Source: a bacterium (lineage in GTDB: Bacteria > Patescibacteriota > Minisyncoccia > UBA6257 > JAGOQP01). Taken from it: DNA of 64,000 nucleotides. A model generated the notes under the pieces. That model worked only from the letters and a program-made list of their open reading frames with translations, did not search any database and was not told where the DNA came from. Of the stretch, positions 61,627-64,000 are shown piece after piece (the stretch's first letter is position 1; each line of letters starts with the position of its first letter). A program made the translations under genes and the position numbers. The stretch spans positions 54,979 to 118,978 of the forward strand of contig JAKANP010000001.1 of NCBI GenBank assembly GCA_021812345.1, written 5' to 3'.

Positions 61627-64000
61627 TTATCTTGGAATTATTTCACGAAGAACAGGAATAAATCCGACATTGACAGTGGTCTGAGTATCGGTAACGGTCG
61701 GAGCTCCATCACAAGAAAGGTTATATTGAGTAGTAGCAATTGGTTTCACTCTGAATGTTCCGGATTCGGTTCCTGTGGCAACCATGCTATTATCCGAAAC
61801 TTTGGTAATTGCACAATTTCTTGAAACTCCGGTTGGGTCACAAGACCAAGATAAAATGGAAGATTGTCCGGTTAAAATTGACGAAGAAGAAGCGGTGAAA
61901 GTACAGGAAGCGGGAGTCAATGACTGGCAAGTAGCGCTATAAACACTGTTGTCATTTTGGGCACATCTATAAATATCGGCGTACACTGATTTTCCAAAAT
62001 ATTGACCCCACTGGCTATCCAAAGTACTACACATTATTTCCGGTTCATTTTTTAATAATTGACCGGGCTGTGGAACTTGGACGTAATCGGTTTCTCCATT
62101 ACTTGATGTATTTCTGGAACCGGACCAACCAACTATAACAGAAGACCCCCTTGATGTTGTAGTAGCATAACAATTAGTTACATTATTCACTGACCAAGAT
62201 AATACTATCGGATATGTTGAAAATTGATAGTTATATGGAACTATAAGAGGATCTATCGATACGTCAGTCCATTTATATTTAGGTGGAGGAGATAATACTT
62301 TTATATAACTACCTCCAAAACCTGTAGAAAAGCCGTTATTTTGAGTTGTAGACCACACCGTCGCCGGATTGAGACCATCCGCTACAGCCATCCACCCATT
62401 AGGCCTATTTGTAACGCCAGTTCCATTAATGTTGAGTAAGCACGAAGTCGTGTTATTATTTTTATCACTCACTCCTATATTTAGATGACAGCCGTTAACC
62501 GAATCACCACAAGTATATGTTGGTGTGCTATTGTATCCATAACAAGTCATGTCAGCTATAGCGCCTGGCCAGTTATAACATCTATAAGGAGACGTCCCTC
62601 CGGTAATTCCTACCGAAACTTGAGTTGGAGCGCTACTTGATGGATTTGCCGTAAGATTGCAGGAAAAACCTCCCGGAGGTGGCGGAGTTGAGCTTACTAT
62701 ATCTATATCCGCATTTGCCGAATGATTTAATGTTCCGCTCACTCCTGTAACTGTGAATGTGTATCTTTCAATTACTGCAGCACTTGAGACATTTAACGTA
62801 AGATTGGAAGTTCCGCTTGTTGAAATTGTTTGAGGAGAAGGAGTTCCTGTTGTGCCGCTGTGAAGACCGGATATTGATAAAGCTACATTTCCGGTAAACC
62901 CCCCGCTTGGGGTTACTGATATTGTATATGATGCTGAACCTGGCTTTGTAGTAGAAGCATAATTCGGAGAAATAGAAATTAAAAAGTCTGGAATTCCCGG
63001 AGGATTAGTTACGTTAAGAATGGCTGTAGCATTGATACTATTATAAGTAGAATTAATTCCTGCAGTTCCTGATTTTTTTCCCAAATAGAGTCCACTTCCT
63101 TGAGATGAAGCAATTGATGAATCGGGAGCGTTAACCGCCCAAGAAGCAAATTGATTAACTTTAAAATTTCCATATCTTATATCCGTTCCATCCGGATCAT
63201 ATAATCCGTTGTATTGATATGTGCTACCAACGGTTGTTGTCGCGCTTGGAGGATCAATAACATAAGTCGGGGTATGACCTGGTGGTGGCGGAGGAGGAGA
63301 ATCACAATCGCCGGCATATGGAAATGGAGTTTTTACAGAAATAGTATTGGATGGGGAACTTTCTCCACTACTGTTCACGGAAGTCACATAATAATTATAG
63401 GTTGAATTAACATTTACATTTTGATCTATATACCAAGTATTGATTGTGTTGGCTATTTTTGATCCGTTTCTGTAAACATTATAATTTGAAGCGCCGGAAA
63501 CCGGGCTCCACCCTAAAATTGCTTGGACTGAAGCTGATGGATAGTTTTGATGACATTCACCGTTTGCAGCAAAATTCGTTGGAGATCCCGGGATACCACC
63601 TCCTATTGGTGCAAAATAGAGTTTTATTTCTTGTTCTAGCGGCGGAAGAGATGCGTTAGTTCTTACATTAGTTATCGAACCACTATTGCTACAATATTGA
63701 TATCCATTTGGAGGAACTACATTTTTACCAGTAACGGTAAATTTTGAAGGGTAATAAGAATCCCATGGTCCCCACGTAAAATCATTTGGTTTTTGAGGCG
63801 TGTTGCTTAATGAAGCTGTTGGGTAATCGGCAATGGTAGTTTGGGCGGGACCACTGGTGATTGTTACGTCAAATCTTACATTGGGATCATTAGGGCTCAT
63901 AGCCACAGCGCCCGCCAAAGGAGCGGAACAATTTGGTAAGGTGTAACCATTAAAATGGACTAAGTCGTGGAATTGACTAACGGATATTGTCTTTGTAGTT
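61627..64000 (-). CDS. very large S/T/N/G-rich surface protein with FN3-like repeats (5' end beyond window)
   Basis: The frame stays open upstream of the first start codon out to the window edge. FN3-like motif (WYIDQNVNVNSTYNYYVTSVNSSGESSP) and long low-complexity T/S/G/N tracts. Confidence 0.55.
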   Translation of the reverse strand, partial: TTKTISVSQFHDLVHFNGYTLPNCSAPLAGAVAMSPNDPNVRFDVTITSGPAQTTIADYPTASLSNTPQKPNDFTWGPWDSYYPSKFTVTGKNVVPPNGYQYCSNSGSITNVRTNASLPPLEQEIKLYFAPIGGGIPGSPTNFAANGECHQNYPSASVQAILGWSPVSGASNYNVYRNGSKIANTINTWYIDQNVNVNSTYNYYVTSVNSSGESSPSNTISVKTPFPYAGDCDSPPPPPPGHTPTYVIDPPSATTTVGSTYQYNGLYDPDGTDIRYGNFKVNQFASWAVNAPDSSIASSQGSGLYLGKKSGTAGINSTYNSINATAILNVTNPPGIPDFLISISPNYASTTKPGSASYTISVTPSGGFTGNVALSISGLHSGTTGTPSPQTISTSGTSNLTLNVSSAAVIERYTFTVTGVSGTLNHSANADIDIVSSTPPPPGGFSCNLTANPSSSAPTQVSVGITGGTSPYRCYNWPGAIADMTCYGYNSTPTYTCGDSVNGCHLNIGVSDKNNNTTSCLLNINGTGVTNRPNGWMAVADGLNPATVWSTTQNNGFSTGFGGSYIKVLSPPPKYKWTDVSIDPLIVPYNYQFSTYPIVLSWSVNNVTNCYATTTSRGSSVIVGWSGSRNTSSNGETDYVQVPQPGQLLKNEPEIMCSTLDSQWGQYFGKSVYADIYRCAQNDNSVYSATCQSLTPASCTFTASSSSILTGQSSILSWSCDPTGVSRNCAITKVSDNSMVATGTESGTFRVKPIATTQYNLSCDGAPTVTDTQTTVNVGFIPVLREIIPR

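Noticed and set aside
1-64000. Mobile genetic elements (transposase, integrase, IS inverted repeats) and prophage genes
   Set aside because: No ORF shows DDE/HUH transposase, tyrosine/serine recombinase or phage structural signatures. The atypical-GC regions lack integrases, so no mobile_element feature is called.

Overview
This is a 64 kb, low-GC (roughly one-third GC), densely coding bacterial segment with short intergenic gaps and many small overlapping housekeeping genes. The spc-operon tail has no L30, an adk-map overlap and a prfB +1 frameshift. Together with scattered GT2/GT-C glycosyltransferases, a peptidoglycan (dcw) cluster and huge FN3-like surface proteins, this suggests a streamlined Patescibacteria/CPR-like genome. 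That lineage assignment is inference from content, not from any search.

Core content:
- Ribosomal operon tail: rpsH(3' end)-rplF-rplR-rpsE-rplO-secY | adk-map.
- Signalling and transcription: a CdaA diadenylate cyclase fused to a YbbR/CdaR-like domain, and greA.
- Translation: lysS, tyrS, ychF, tRNA-Thr(CGU), prfB with its programmed +1 frameshift, gltX, rpmA, rplI, def-fmt, and obg directly after tRNA-Gln(CUG).
- Cell division and wall: ftsE-ftsX, a dcw cluster (DD-carboxypeptidase-mraY-[amidohydrolase-like gene where murD is expected]-ftsW-murG), an M23 peptidase and an S41 CtpA protease.
- Replication and segregation: dnaX and scpAB.
- Other enzymes: pepF, ThpR-like 2H phosphoesterase, Fe/Mn SOD.
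- A lipid-linked glycosylation toolkit: three GT2 genes, DedA and two GT-C PMT/ArnT-like transferases.

Atypical regions:
1. A roughly 370 bp GC-enriched, hairpin-dense non-coding segment directly 3' of tRNA-Gln(UUG). It ends with a 10-nt copy of the tRNA 3' end.
2. Two adjacent GC-elevated genes (~47-48% GC, against a ~35% background), an NMO-family flavoenzyme and a cysteine-synthase-like PLP enzyme. They sit beside a CofE-like ligase and PanD.
3. A roughly 760 bp non-coding, highly structured murG-gltX spacer. It has 3.2 tandem copies of a 70-bp double-hairpin unit, long palindromes and a tRNA-like cloverleaf remnant.
4. A PD-(D/E)XK nuclease plus DEDD exonuclease pair.
5. A GC-elevated, terminator-punctuated island just upstream of tRNA-Gln(CUG). 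It encodes a 935-aa protein with a C-terminal calcineurin-like metallophosphoesterase, an internally triplicated membrane protein and a small Cys-rich protein. This is the best candidate for an undescribed system.

No transposases or integrases were seen, and no CRISPR array or rRNA genes.
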